A DNA stretch of 64,000 nucleotides, taken from assembly GCA_964016885.1 (NCBI GenBank), contig OZ024742.1:228098001-228162000 (forward strand). The letters run 5' to 3'. Below are positions 33,995-47,574 of the stretch, one piece after another. The translations under genes were made by a program, and so were the position numbers. Numbering within the stretch: the first letter of the stretch is position 1; each line of letters starts with the position of its first letter. A model generated the notes under the pieces. The model was not told the origin of the DNA, did no database searches, and worked only from the letters and a program-made list of their open reading frames with translations. Origin of the DNA: Eledone cirrhosa. Taxonomy: Eukaryota.

Positions 33995-34607
33995 CGGACG
34001 CTTCCTTTTTGTATTTGCAAGATTCCTGATGTGAAATCGTGTGTTTACACAGATATTGTTATATATTTATATATAGTTACTGCCACTTTACTACTTAGGA
34101 AAATATATATTATATTATATTTCTCACGCTGTAACTTGGTTGGCATTAGGAAGGTTATCGAATTGTAGAAATCATACCAAAATTGAAACATATATTTCCC
34201 TGACTTGTCTAATCCATGTTGGCATGGAGAATGGAATGGTGATGATGATGATGATATGAAAAGTTTGACTTATTCGTTTGCTTCATAGACGTAATCACAC
34301 GCATCCGAAGAAGTTAGACGTGTATGAAACTACTGGTAATATATGAATAAGCCTAGCTGTTAATACAATGAATATTTTCAACTACCGCATAATGTGTTGA
34401 TTGCTATTTCCATTTAGTTATACCCCCACATGTACATATGTGTGTGTGTGTTCATTATTGAGAAATGCTATCATCATAGAATGAAACAGAACTAGTCCTA
34501 CAAATGTTATCTCTCAATAAAATAAACCACTCTCTCTACTTGATATTGAGTACCATATTTTGATTGTGATTTTCTGTCACTATAAAACAGGACAACATTC
34601 TACTGTG

Positions 34608-34639
<32 letters not shown>

Positions 34640-34643
<4 letters not shown>

Positions 34644-36130
34644 GTATTGAAAATCAAATGTCACAGACCTATTTGATGGAGTTATGTACATTTTGGACAA
34701 ACTACGGATCAAATTCCCAGACCCCCATACAGATCTGTACCAAGATGATGATCTAGTCTTATCGAGCCATAAAGGCGACTACGACCTTCATACATTAAAA
34801 AAAAAAAAAATTTAATAACCACATTTAACTAATTAGGATTAAAAATTTCAGCATGACTAGCGTCAACTACCAAGCAGTCACCATAGACCGTCGCACACAT
34901 ACATACAAACCATTCCATAAAGATAATGAAAAACTAAAGTACATACACAAACATTCTCGCCACCCTCTTGTGGTTTTTAAAAACATCATTAAGAACATCA
35001 GTAAGAGGAACTTTTCTAATAAAGCAATAATGTTATAACACTGCCAATAACGCTTTCACCGAAAAATATCTTACTCTCCTGAACAACACCCGATTACCGC
35101 CAAGAAGAAAAATAGAAAGAAACCAATAATATAGTTCTCCCCTCCTTTCTTGCTCAATGTTAAAACCAACGTAAGTAAAAAATTCTTAGTCTTTATTGAC
35201 AAGCACTTCCTCAGTATAAATCAATTTTCAACAGCCATACAGTGAAAATCGGCTACTCCTGCATCAAAAACATGATTACCCGAATCACCAACTAACCCAA
35301 GAGCGCTTCCGCGCCGGGATTCTCTTGTAGAAAGTCGAAATCATGCCCTCTTGATCAGCCGTGCAATATACCTGAGGTACTATATAAGCTAAGGTAACCT
35401 CCATCCAACCGAATCAACAACAGGATGTAGATTTGTCGGAAGGTCGCTTCAAAAGCCGCTTCCTAAACCACCAAACGATCTTGGGGCATCCGGATAAACG
35501 AACAGTCACGAAGATAGCAAGTCACGTCTGGTCTCTCAAAGATGTCGGTGCAGAATTCTTCATTAAATGGAAAATCCTGGACAGATCAAGTCCTTAACTT
35601 AGTAGTAAGAAGTCATGTAAATTGTGCAACAATGAACGATGGAACATCTTAAGACGGTTGCATACTACGAAAACATGCCTAAATACGAAGACCGATTTTT
35701 TCAACCGCTGTCTACACATGTTTAAGTATATCCTCCATATTTGAAATAACCCCTGGGTGAAAGTAGTAAAAACGGTAAGAGTGAATGGGACTACTCTCAG
35801 CTTGTGCCTGTGGGTCGAACAATGATAGTATGGAGAGGACACTCGCACCTGGTGGGCGATTAAGGAACTGAGGGTTCCTCAATTAATTTTAGGTATTTAG
35901 CTCTCTATAACAGGAGGACAGAATACCTGATATAATTGTATGCTATGTATACATGTTACGCCACTTTTGTTCTCATTTCTATGTAAGCACCAACCTTCAT
36001 GTTGTAACCTGTCTTTGAATCGTTTCTTTCATCTAATGTCCGTGTGGCAAATAAAAGAAATCATTATTTTCATTGGACAGAAAGCCCGACAATGAAGCCA
36101 TCGAAACAATTTAAGCTTACCCGTCGGCCA
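34640..36130 (+). pseudogene. Old, degenerate Hydra-type PLE
   Basis: Remnants YQDD, FSPPF...TNVSKKFL..IDKHF, CRKSKSCPL..PC, FKSRFLNH, CKLCNNE. Confidence 0.7.
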
Positions 36131-36264
36131 TCCTATCATATAATATCTACTACACTGTACTTTCCTTAAGAATAGAGTCAAGTCTTACTTGTCTTAACTA
36201 GTGACATCTCAACCATGTGTGTCTAGTAAGCATGCCCGTAGTCTAATGAACGTAAAAATTAATG

Positions 36265-36301
<37 letters not shown>

Positions 36302-37675
36302 CCGTCGAAACGGCCGGAGCTCAGCCGTCGGGTCCTGAATCTTTTCACACACACACATATATATATATATATAATTTATATATATATATATGTATGTATA
36401 TATATGTGTGTATGTGTGTGTGTGGCTCAAGATCCATATTTGTGTTACAATATGGATCTTGAGCCACCCATCTATGAAACGTTTTGTTCTTAATGTATAT
36501 TTTCTGCTATAGCATAGAGGGCTAATATTGGTACCTTCCTCAGTAAACAACAATGAGAGAGAAAGAGGGCGCGCTCCAGTAACAATAAAACAACAGTTGA
36601 ATGATAGTGTATCTATAAGCGTCATTATCAGGCAGTATCGGTAGAGGCCCGGACGCCGTGCTTTGCAGCATAGAGTTGCGGCTCTTTACGGTCTGAGTTC
36701 AAATCCTGCCGAGGTTAACTTTGCTTTTCATCCTTACGGGATCGATAAAATAAAGTACCAGTAATGCACTGAGATAATTGCTGGCCTTGTGCCAAAAGAA
36801 GAAACAATTATTATTACTATTTAGTATTTTCCAAATAATTTTGAAAATTATCAATACTTTGTAGATATTTAGATATTACCAACGTTCTCCTCATTGTTGG
36901 GAACAATGGAAGGTTTTTAAAAACACTTTAACTCTTTGAAAATCATAATGGATTTGTAGAGATTTAGTATAATAATCAATATAACTTTCTTATCAATAAG
37001 ATGATGCTTGGAATATAACTTAACAAAAGTTCTTAAATGAAATTATAAGAGGCTTTAGACAAATATAAACACTTTAATAATTTTCTATACCATATTTCTA
37101 ATGAAAGACACTACCTATGATTTTTCAAATTATTTTGAAAATAATCAGGAATTTGTAGGCATTTAGCAATATAACTAAATTTCACCTTATTTAACTGGGT
37201 GTTTGGAACATAACTTTTTCAGAGTTATAACATAAAAATTATGATCAAGGAGTGTTATAGTTTGCTTGAAGCATCGTGCAATTTTAAAATGATGGGTTTG
37301 TTTCTTAAAACCGGGTAGGTTAGTATTAAAAATGTATCCATATCTTTTTTAGTCCATACCGAGTGCGACCCTCACATTAAAATCGCAACGTAGTTCGTAA
37401 GGGGCACACTTACTTTAAAAAAATGGACGAAAATGCCACGTTGCTTATCGTGACTTATTAAAAGAATTTGTTTATATATTTATTTATTCTTCCCACAAAT
37501 TTGGCTTCTCAGTCTGCTTCCTTCTTCTCCTCTTCCTTCTTCATCGGATGTTGGGGGTAGACTTACTCTTTGCTGCTATCAGCCAATTCTAAACTAAGCG
37601 TCGTCAGTCATCTCTCAGCCTTTAGAACCGCATCATACATTTTTTCACTGTTCAACTTCCCCTCACAGACCAAAG

Positions 37676-37729
37676 ATGACGATGCAAGCAGTTTTCGCAG
37701 TTTTGACAGTCGCTTTCTGCATCGCCAAG
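37676..37729 (+). CDS. PPIB: Cyclophilin B exon 1 (signal peptide MTMQAVFAVLTVAFCIAK)
   Basis: AAGATG start, hydrophobic signal peptide, phase-0 donor AAG|GTCTGT that fits the phase-0 acceptor at 56716. Linkage across the 19-kb intron is inferred. Confidence 0.65.
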
Positions 37730-39115
37730 GTCTGTATATAACTAATTGTTTTTTTTTTTTAAAATAACTATAAGATTCTTTGAAATCTAGTAATAGCTAC
37801 TGTATATACTGGTGTAAAAGTCGACCTAAGCTCTGCACAGACAACAAATCAATAATTTGTAAATCAAAGTTACGTCGAAGAAATTAATTTTACTATCCTA
37901 TTATGTTCTGATCTATACAAGTAGAAATATAAGAGATACACAGGCTTATTTATAGGTTTTGGTGCGTAGAAATAACGCTACTGTTACAGTAATTAATTTT
38001 TTACTTTTATTAATTTAGAGTCTATTTAGGCTTCTGTTTATTGATGTGATATTTTGGATTGCGGTGTACATTTCAGTCTCTCTAAAATAGTATTCATGTC
38101 ATAAATAGTCAACCTCATAAATTTTACCTTTAAAAGTCTTTAAAATTCGACTTTTACACGAGAATAGATGGTAAATTATAGCTGAAAGATGGGTTTGACA
38201 GGAATACCGATGGAAAATCTCATCTTTCTTCAGTAACTCCAGATTAGATACAAAGTTAGGAATTGAAGTTATGATTTCTAATCTAGACAAGGCCAGCAAT
38301 TTGAGGCGAAGGTGTTGAGAAAGTCGATTCTATCGACCTCAGTAGTGATGGTGATGATATCGACTCCAGTGCTTGGCTGGTACTTTATTTTATCGATCCC
38401 GGAAGGATGTAAGGTAGAGTTGACGTCGGCGGGATTTGACAATACGAAAATTGATTTCAATAATATTTTAAAAGAAAAAACAACTAATTATTGTTGGTAG
38501 CTACTGTGATTTAGTATAAACAGTACAACCACCAACAACTACAGCACCATCACAATTATCTCCAACATTACCACCACCATCGACACCATCATTCCTGTCA
38601 TCTTCATATTTACACCCACGACATCATCACCAGCATCACCACAACTACTATAACTACCATAATTATCACCAACACTACTATCATCACTATCACTAAGGGA
38701 GCCGCATCTACATCATTGCTTTGCCTGCTAGAAATACCAGCCAAATTTCCTTCAAATAAGACCCAACTGTCTTAAATTTAAAAAGAAAACGACATACTAT
38801 ATAAAGTAGTCCCGAATAGCCTGAAATTTAAACTGGCTGGTCACTAAGAATAGCATGGAATGGACCTCCGTCGGTTTCGACGTTGAGTGGTTTCAATTGT
38901 CTGATCAGCTGAACAACCTGCTCATGAAATTAACGCGCAAGTGGTTGAACATTCTACAGACATGTGTACCCTTAACAGTTTTCAGGGATATTCAACGTGA
39001 CCAAATATGTTCCAAATCTAGACCTTTAAACTACAGATTCAGTCCATCTTGTATTATAGTGTAGGTGACTGACTATTCCATAGACATGTGTACCATTAAC
39101 GTAGTTCTCACAGAG

Positions 39116-39620
39116 TAGGGGTCGCAACCCCCGGCCTGCGAGCCACATCCAACCCGCGAAGAATTTTTGTCCGGCCCGACAACAGGTTTCAATCTTAGGC
39201 TAAGCAATCCCTGAAAAAGTGCTCTGAATTATTTTGGATTAGAATACCGACTAGAGAAGCCACAAGACTCACTAAGCTGAACGAACTTTTTTGCATGACA
39301 GTAACAAACAGACAAAAACAAGTATTTCATTAAACAATTTACCATTTCTGCCTGTGTTTTATTTGTAGTAAGGAATGTCATTAAAGTAATATCACATAAA
39401 ATTCATTTTTATCCTTTAAACCCCGTATTAAGGTAGCCTTCTGGACAGAGCGCTCTGAGGTCGAGCAAATTTATTATATTTTGATATCGTGGACCGCCGA
39501 CGAGACGTTGCATAACAATGTGATCCCCCGACGACGAGACACTGCATAGCTATGTGGCCCGCCGACGAGACGCTGCGTAAACATTATGGCCTGCACACCC
39601 CAAAAGGTTGCCGGCCCCCG
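39116..39620. mobile_element. hAT-Charlie-like MITE nested inside a SINE
   Basis: Termini TAGGGGTCGCAACC / GGTTGCCGGCCCCCG; 8-bp TSD-like TCACAGAG/TCATAGAT; about three 32-bp subterminal repeats; splits a copy of the SINE seen intact at ~48680-48985. Confidence 0.75.
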
Positions 39621-40609
39621 TCATAGATATTCGGCGTGACACAATGTGTGACAAGGCTGACTCTTTGAATTACAGGTGCAATTCATTTTTGGATTTATTC
39701 AACAAATTTCAATTAAATTATATGCTTGTAATGAAAATGAAAACATTAAATAATTGTTTCTACTTTTGGCACAAGGCCAGTAATTACCCAGTGCATTACT
39801 GGTACTTTATTTTATCGACTCCGTAAGGATGAAAGACAAAGTTAACCTCAGCGGGATTTGAACTCAGACCATAAAGGGCCGTAACTCTTTGAAAACATTA
39901 AATAATTATTTCTACTTTTGGCACAAGGCCAGCAATTATCCCAGTGCATTACTGGTACTTTATTTCATCGACCCCGTAAACATTAAATAATGAAAGAGCA
40001 GTAGACCCTACAACCCAGTCTTGGCAGAATATCTCAGCTGCGCCCCACAGACAAAATGGCGAAGGCATTGGCAGCAACACCTGCTGCATTAGCTACTCCG
40101 CCTCACAGGGCCCCCCCCCTCATTTCCTGTCATAATCAGCTTGTGACAACTGTGTCGCAGAAAAATTCCTGAATCAATGAAACCAGCTAACTAACCAATC
40201 AACTAGAAATAGTAGCCAAGATTTAATTAAAATCACACCCACAGTCATAAAAATATGGAGAGTGGTGGCATTGGATAACGTGGTACTGAATACGTGGGTG
40301 GGGGAACAAAGCAAAACAACAACAAATACATTTTATGTAGGGGGTGTTAGCTGCAGGATTCTAGTAGTCTTAAGAATTGATTAACCTAACAAAGATAGAA
40401 GGATAAGGACCATTTTCGACTTCAAATGACCATGGGTTTTGCACCTAGAAAGTTCCCTTTTGAGGCACAAGACCAGGGATGTGTGGATCACATTATGGTC
40501 GGTCGCTTGTGATGCAGATAAAATGAAGCACTCAAAGACAAGCCGGTGCATTATATAGTATTAAAAAGATCGGAGGCCATATTTAGTTGATTTAGGTTTA
40601 TTTAAATCT

Positions 40610-40667
40610 CCGTTATACATATTTCGATGAGGACTACCAATTTTGATAGCCCGTGCTCTTCAGACGG
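40610..40667 (-). ncRNA. Minimal hammerhead ribozyme (intronic, antisense to PPIB)
   Basis: CCGU-CUGAAGA-GCAC-GGGCUAUC(AAAAUU)GGUAGUCC-UCAUC-GAAA-UAUGUA-UA^-ACGG. Confidence 0.72.
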
Positions 40668-41149
40668 CATAAAAACTTGAAAACATTAAAAACCATTAAA
40701 AAACTTTTTTTCTTTTCGTGATACATGGGACGGCCGAATATGTTGTTGTTTCTTCGCCGGCCGGCCCCTGAATTTTTGATACCATATATATATATACATG
40801 CGACAGGTAAAAAAAATCTTCGTGGTCATCGAAATGGATACAGTTTCAACACCTACTGACGGTATTGCTGGTCTATCTGGAGTTACAGTGTCTGACAAAA
40901 TAGTCAATCACTGTTTTTGGAGTATTAAGACGAAAACAAATCAAAACAAAACTTACGTATATAGAAATAAATGAACGACATTTAAATCGTACAATACGTG
41001 ACGAAAAGGATCAGTTAGACCTGGGGACGAAATACAAATGTCTAAAGTAACTGTATCTATTCCAATGTTTTTTTCCATTGTCTTTGTTTTAGCCATGAGA
41101 CCAAGCACGAGAGGTGACGAAAAGGGCGGAGAGGTTGCACCTCATTGAC

Positions 41150-42200
41150 GCACTTCCTCCTGAGGAACTGCTTCGCTCTTCCCAAATTCTTGTTCACGCT
41201 GCGCAGGGCGCCTTGTCACCCTCACGCAGATCACCTCGGTGAACTCGATACCACCATCCGACGCTGTGCGGAACTCATCTGCAATGTTGGTTCTGACAGC
41301 GCTGGTTGACAATAGGCGAATCGCCTTGCGAGGTTCGGTGGCCTCGGCCACTGATCCACATCGTTTTTGGCACCGCCTGTCTACTTCTCTTCAATCTCCT
41401 CCAGTCACACCCTCATCAGCGAGGTACTCCACAAAGCGCCCAATCTAACATGGCCCTAAAACTGGAGCAGGCTGTGGCCGACTGGGTCGGCGAAGGCCTT
41501 TCTATCCCTCAATATACAAATGTCCAAAGTAACTGGGACATCAAGTGCAAGTCTACCTTCTGGCGGATCGAGTCTGGCTTGGACTAACACCACGGTGAGT
41601 GGGTCACCTCGGTGCCCTCCTCATCAACCGGTACCTTTCTTGATGATGAGTACACACGCATCGGCCTCCGCGTGTGTGAGCCACATAAATGCCATTGTGG
41701 GGTTGTCGTCGACGAGTTTTGCCTGCACCCACTGTCATGCCGCCAGAGTGCAAGCCGGTTCCCCTGACAGACCACTCTCAACAACATATTGAAAAGGAAC
41801 TTGGGTGCAACTAACTTCCCATCACAACTGGAGCTAGCAGGCCTAGACGCCCCTCCCCCTCCGACAGAATTACCCTCTTTTCATTCGAGGGAGGTAAATC
41901 CCTCATCTGGGACGCGATATGCTGTGACACGTTCTCTGCCTCCAACTTAGTCGCTTCAGCCACAAACCTCGGTACCGCGTCCCGCAATGCAGAAGACAAG
42001 CAAATACCGGGGCTTGTCCGGTCGCTTCCTCTTTGCACCGGTTGCCGTCGAGACCTCAGGCATTTTCTGACTCCGCACAGCCGAGCTCCTCCGTAAAATC
42101 GGAACGTTGGTAGCTCGTCTGAGGAAGAAGCCTCGCAGGGTTGGGTGGCTGTTGCAGCGGGTGTCGCTGGCCATTTTCCGTGGGGCACAGCCGAAACACC
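41150..42200 (+). pseudogene. CRE-like non-LTR relic with restriction-like endonuclease
   Basis: Conceptual translation across stops: CFALPKFLFTLRRAP, GGLG, CHCG....LHPLSC, GKSLIWD, KY, PVAVETSG, LQRVSLAIFRG. Confidence 0.78.
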
Positions 42201-42556
42201 GCCCCGATTTTGTTTAGAGCCTGTCACCCTCTTCTCTTCTTTCCTTGCCTAATAGTCCTTGCTCTTTTCCTCCTTTTTTCTCATGGCATTTATAGTCCTT
42301 TATTTTCCTATACAGCCAGATCTGCCCTTCTTCACACCTTCCCCCCTTTTTTCATTACTTAATTTTATTTTTCATCATCGAATAACTTTTGTTTCTAAAA
42401 TATAGTTGACATATAAATATTTGTTTAAATAATGAATAACTGCAATTCAACAAATTTCAACTAAACAACGTTTGCGATTTGCGATATAAAAAAAGAAGGC
42501 AGGAAAAAAAAACGAACGTTATATATATATACCACATAAATAACAATATATATACC

Positions 42557-42908
42557 CAGTTGTCCCCCGATATTCGTGGGGCTTATGTTCCTAGAGCACC
42601 CCCGAAGAGTGAAAAACCGCGAGTATTAGATGTGGTCCATAAAAATGCCTATAAACGTCAAAATATAACGTAAAATCTAATAAAAAAAAAAAAGAGGGAA
42701 CGTCTTATGCGAATGGGCGTCCAATAGGTCGGCAAATACAGTATATTGTTATAAATAATTTAGCGTTAAAAAAATATATATATATTGTCACGAAAAAGCC
42801 ATTAAAAAATAGCGGAAGATATTTACGATTCCGCGAATATGCGGTGTTTTCCACGAACTATTAGTTAGGTTCTAAGGAAAATTCCGCGACTGCTGGGGGT
42901 ACACTGTA
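42557..42908. mobile_element. Tigger/pogo-like MITE
   Basis: Imperfect TIRs CAGTTGTCCCCCGATATTCGTGG / CCGCGACTGCTGGGGGTACACTG in a TA context. Confidence 0.6.
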
Positions 42909-45074
42909 TATGTGTATACATATATCTATACAGCGTTTGGCTTGTGTCAGACGCTGTGACCCCGGGTGTACTAGCAATACCGTTGGTAAGGGTCGAAGCT
43001 GCCAAAGTCCACCTCAGCGGCCGATGACCCTGGAGTTCTGTGTCTTTCGTTTGTATATATTTTTTTTAAAAACTGTTTTTTAAGGTTCTTAAAAAATGGT
43101 TTTTCGTTTTGCCTTGATTTCGTTCGTTGTTTAGTCGTCTCTGTTAATTTTCCTAAGTTTATCATATATATCTGTGCATTATATCGGACGCGAGAAAAAG
43201 TACTCAATACCGGAGTAGAATTAAAATATTCATTTAATATGGCTAAGTCGTGAGCATTATTTCTCTGGAGTTTAACTTTCGAGGTTAACTTTGCCTTTCA
43301 TCCTTACGGGGTCGATAAAATAAAGTACCAGTAATGCACTGAGTAATTGCTGGCCTTGTGCCAAATGTAGAAACAATTATTTCTCTGGAGTTTCACTTGC
43401 GCACTCGCAGGCTCATCAGGATGATCCTGCGAGAGTGTGGGAGAATCCAGAGTAACAAGGCTCACTAGATAACCATATTAAATGTATATATGTATGTATG
43501 CACTCCGTTTGTATTTAAGCTTTTTGTTTTCAAATCTGGTACTTATTTTATCGATCTCTTTTTGTCGAGGAGCTAAGTAACAGGACGTAGACATGGATAC
43601 ACACATACATATATATTTTTGCCTTTCATCCTTACGGGGTCGATAAAATAAAGTACCAGTAATACACTAGGTAATTGCTGGCCTTGTGCCCAATGTAGAA
43701 ACAATTATTTTTTGTATTTACAAAATTGTATGACAATGTGTGTTTGAAAATATAATTGCCACAGTGCTGATGCCTATCAATATTACACGTGGAAATTATT
43801 TTTTACAGTTATCGACTACTTATAGTTATCTGCATTATGGCGGCTCTACGTTTTCAAATTAAATATTTTCCAATACTTCGTAAACCAACAATCATGTGTG
43901 TGTGTGTATACAAGGCTGTAATCTCGATCCCCGCTTAAGCCTTACTCACTACGCCTTCCTCTGACTGACTAATCTTATATACCCTTCTTATCTGTGACCG
44001 ATGTCTTCTTCTGTCTCTCACCCTAGACCCATATAAGTAGACAATCCTACCCCCAAAATACCTACTTTTCACCCCACCTCAACAAAGTAATCATTGTTTC
44101 TACGTACGTATTAAAATTCATCGCCTCCTATCAGGGTGTATCGAATTTGCTTTATGTCGAACTAAATGTTAACGATTCTTACTTGTGAGTTCCACCTGGA
44201 GTGTGGTCCTGGGATTATTTCAGTAACATTTCGTTGGTGTGTTGGGTAGGGCGAGTTTTTTGTCCTTGTGTGACATGTGTAATATAGGAAGGTAAAAAAT
44301 ACATTCCACGTTACTCTTGGCTGCACCCATCCACACACACGTGTGTGTGTGTGCGCAGAGAGAAGGTGGAGGAGAAAGTAAAACTGGGCTTAAGACGTCT
44401 GTCTTCTATTTATATCGTTTCACGTGTCGTCTGCCGTCTAGCCCAACCCACGTAGTCATTCCTACAAACACATTGTATGTATGGTAATTTCTACTGAAAA
44501 TCACACAACCCAGTTATAAGTTTTTTGTTTTTGTTTTTTTCCATGTAAACTCTTACAAATGTCTAGATATATAGAAGAGAGCAGACGTATACAACAATGA
44601 TGTATTTTTAAAAGGGATTAAATTAAACAGGACGAGGGTGGAATTAAATAATAATAATAAAAAGGGGTGGTTGAAGAGTAGGGGTAGCCTCTACGCGGTA
44701 TATCCCCGTCGCCTCACGCGGTGGAGAAAATGGCGAAAGCATTGCTGCGGAAACAGCCAGCGACACCCGCTGCAGCAGCTATACCAACTCATGTGGCACA
44801 TCTACATCTCAGCTGCGCCCCGCGAGGGACAAAATGGCAAAAGCATTTTTGCGGAGTACTGCCTTAGACGCCTGCTGCATCAGTTATTCCACCCCACAGA
44901 GCTCCTACCCCATGCGGAATGCACTCTTCTTTATTTTGCGGCGGAAAACGTCAGTCCAGTGTTGAGGATAATATAATTGCTATCTATTGTCTGTTGCCTG
45001 TTCCAACAAGTTGTGGATTGTGATGTTGGAGAAGAGCTAACTTGGTTGTAGTCAAGGGCTCCATATTATTATTA

Positions 45075-45672
45075 TTTGGCAATATCGGTAGAGTCGGGCA
45101 CTAGGCTTTGCAGCGCAGAGTTGCGGTTTGAGTTCAAATCCCGCCGAAGTTAACTTTGCCTTTTATCCTTACGGGGTCGATAAAATAAAGCACCAGTAAC
45201 GTACTGGGTCGATTTAATCGACTTTCCCCTCTCCCAAATTACTGGCCTTGTGCCTATACTAGAAATCAGTATTTGGCAATATCGGTAGAGCGTCAGACAC
45301 CATGCTTTGCAGCACAGAGTTGTGGCCCTTTACGTTCTGAGTTCAAATCCCGCCGAGGTTAGCTTTGCCTTTCATCCTTATGGGGTTGATAAAATAAAGT
45401 ACCAGTAAGTAGTGGAGTTGATTTAATCGTCTCCCTCCTTCAAATTTCTGGCCTTGTGCATAAAGTAGAAACAATTATTTGGCAGTACCAGTAGAGCGTC
45501 GGACAACATGCTTTATGACATATGGATGGTTACGCCCCTTTACGATCTGAGTTCAAATCCTACCGAGGTTAGCTTTGTCTTTCATCCTTACGGCGACGAT
45601 AAAATAAAGTACCATTAACACACTGGTGTTGATTTAATCGATTTTGCCCTTGTGCCTAAATCAGAAATTATT
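45075..45672 (+). mobile_element. Three head-to-tail copies of the tRNA-derived SINE
   Basis: Units of about 200 bp, each starting TTTGGCA(A/G)TA and containing GAGTTCAAATCC. Confidence 0.85.
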
Positions 45673-45849
45673 ATTTTTATTTTTTTAAATTTTTGCTACC
45701 ATTAATAATGGCTTCTGTATTAGCCACACAGGACTGACATTAAGCAAACAATAGAGACGACAGAAGATGATACAGTGTGGGTTTCTGTGTTGAAAAAAGG
45801 TTATAACAAAAACTAAAAGAATAAACATTTAAAAATCAAACGAACAAAA

Positions 45850-46690
45850 ATAGATTCCCCAATAGGAAGAGACCTGAGGGTCACTTATGGAGAAGACCCA
45901 CAAAAATCCATGGTCATCCAGATCATTAGTGTCCTCTTCCAGTTTACAGGTGCATACTCAGAGCATGCCAATTCACTCAGACCATGCTTGCCACTCGCAC
46001 CCACCTTTCAATAAACTGGTTGAAAGGTAGCACTTCCCTCTTCATCCTAATTTTCCTCTTCAAATGAAACCTGAAAAGGTTAACCAAAACTTTGCCAAAG
46101 AAGAAAGTGCTTCTTTTCAACCCTTTCAAACGTATCCACAACACAACCTCTTTTGCCGTAGCCACCAGGCAGATAACTGCTGCCTGTCCTTTCTGGCACA
46201 CCTGACAGCAGGTGTTCAACATAAACCCACAAATCAGCAATACTCGAGCACTCAACATATGTATGTAGGACGGTTCCGTCACCCTGCACACTTCCCGGAC
46301 AGGCTCGTGTGACGACACTTCCATGTCTGCATAGTTTATCTCGAATTGGCAATGCTCCCCGGTAGCACTGTCAGGGATTTCTGGAAGTTATCCATGGGCC
46401 CTGGACCGAAAGTCTCTCGGAAAAGAGTGACTAGTTGATTTTCGACGACGCCTAGAATCTTCCCAAGAATGTCATTGCTTTTACTCACCACTAACTATAG
46501 AACGCCGAAGTGTAGTTTCCACCGATCGTGCAGTCCATTTGACAGAGGGCTGTGAGCGCTTGAAGACATTCTAGTTTCCAAACACTCCTCTTCTTTTGAC
46601 CCAGGACTTTAGCTCCATCTAGGAGACGAGCTGGGAGTAAACGTGTGCAGCGAACGGCAACCGCACCTGTTCACCTCCAAGAGCTGGAGA
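45850..46690 (-). pseudogene. L1/Tx1-type LINE 3' fragment
   Basis: LPIRDKL..HG....ACP...TVLH..VEC (zf-RVT-like), followed by AKEVVLW and FIERW. Confidence 0.72.
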
Positions 46691-47574
46691 CGTTATAGTC
46701 TCAGAGCATGTTTGCGCATCATCAGCAATGGCATGCTATCATAAATAATACATTCAATTTAATACAAGGTAAAATTTTCAGCCAGGGACCACATACCAGC
46801 TTAATCCGACACAGTTATTTCTACTCTCACATTAACCACTACGTTAAAGAACAGCTGAATATTATAATTTCGTACCAGGAAAACGGGCGTTGAATGATGA
46901 TGAGGAAGGTATATATATATATAATGGTTTAGATCGATATCCAGTTAGTTCGATTTCATTGTTTATAATTTGCTCCACAAATTCATTTGGAGCATACGCA
47001 GAGGACTATTTGTAAGACAACATTCCCAGCCAGAAGCCTAAGCTATGAAAACTAGTTATTATATCGACAGATTAACACGTAAACGTTAAAGTACTGACAA
47101 TTTCATTAATTGAAACAGCCAGTACAAAAATCTGCGTCTAAGATGGTACAGTACACACACACACACACATATATATAACATTCTTTGTCTCTCTGTCTGT
47201 CTTTTCCTTATGCAATCCAAAACGGCTCGACCAAATCAAATCAAATTTTACAAGGTAATAGTATTAGGCCCCGGGAGTAACAACATAATTTTTATTTTCA
47301 TTTGGAATAAAACAATATAACACTTTATCTAAAATAATCTACTATAGACCACTATGGTTAAACAGATATTTTATAACATGACAATGACGTCACATATTGT
47401 ATATGAGTGTGTATGTGTTTGCGCGTTCGTTACGTACGTTACACCTTAGTAAATTACATACACACATTTTTACGTAAATACTTAATGAGGTACACAGAAA
47501 ATTAAACACAGGATTCCGACGCTAGTTTATCACACGCGCGCACATTTATATACAATTATCTATATCTATATCTA

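Noticed and set aside
36080-36120. Hammerhead at the end of the old PLE relic
   Set aside because: The core reads CCGACAA, too decayed to call.
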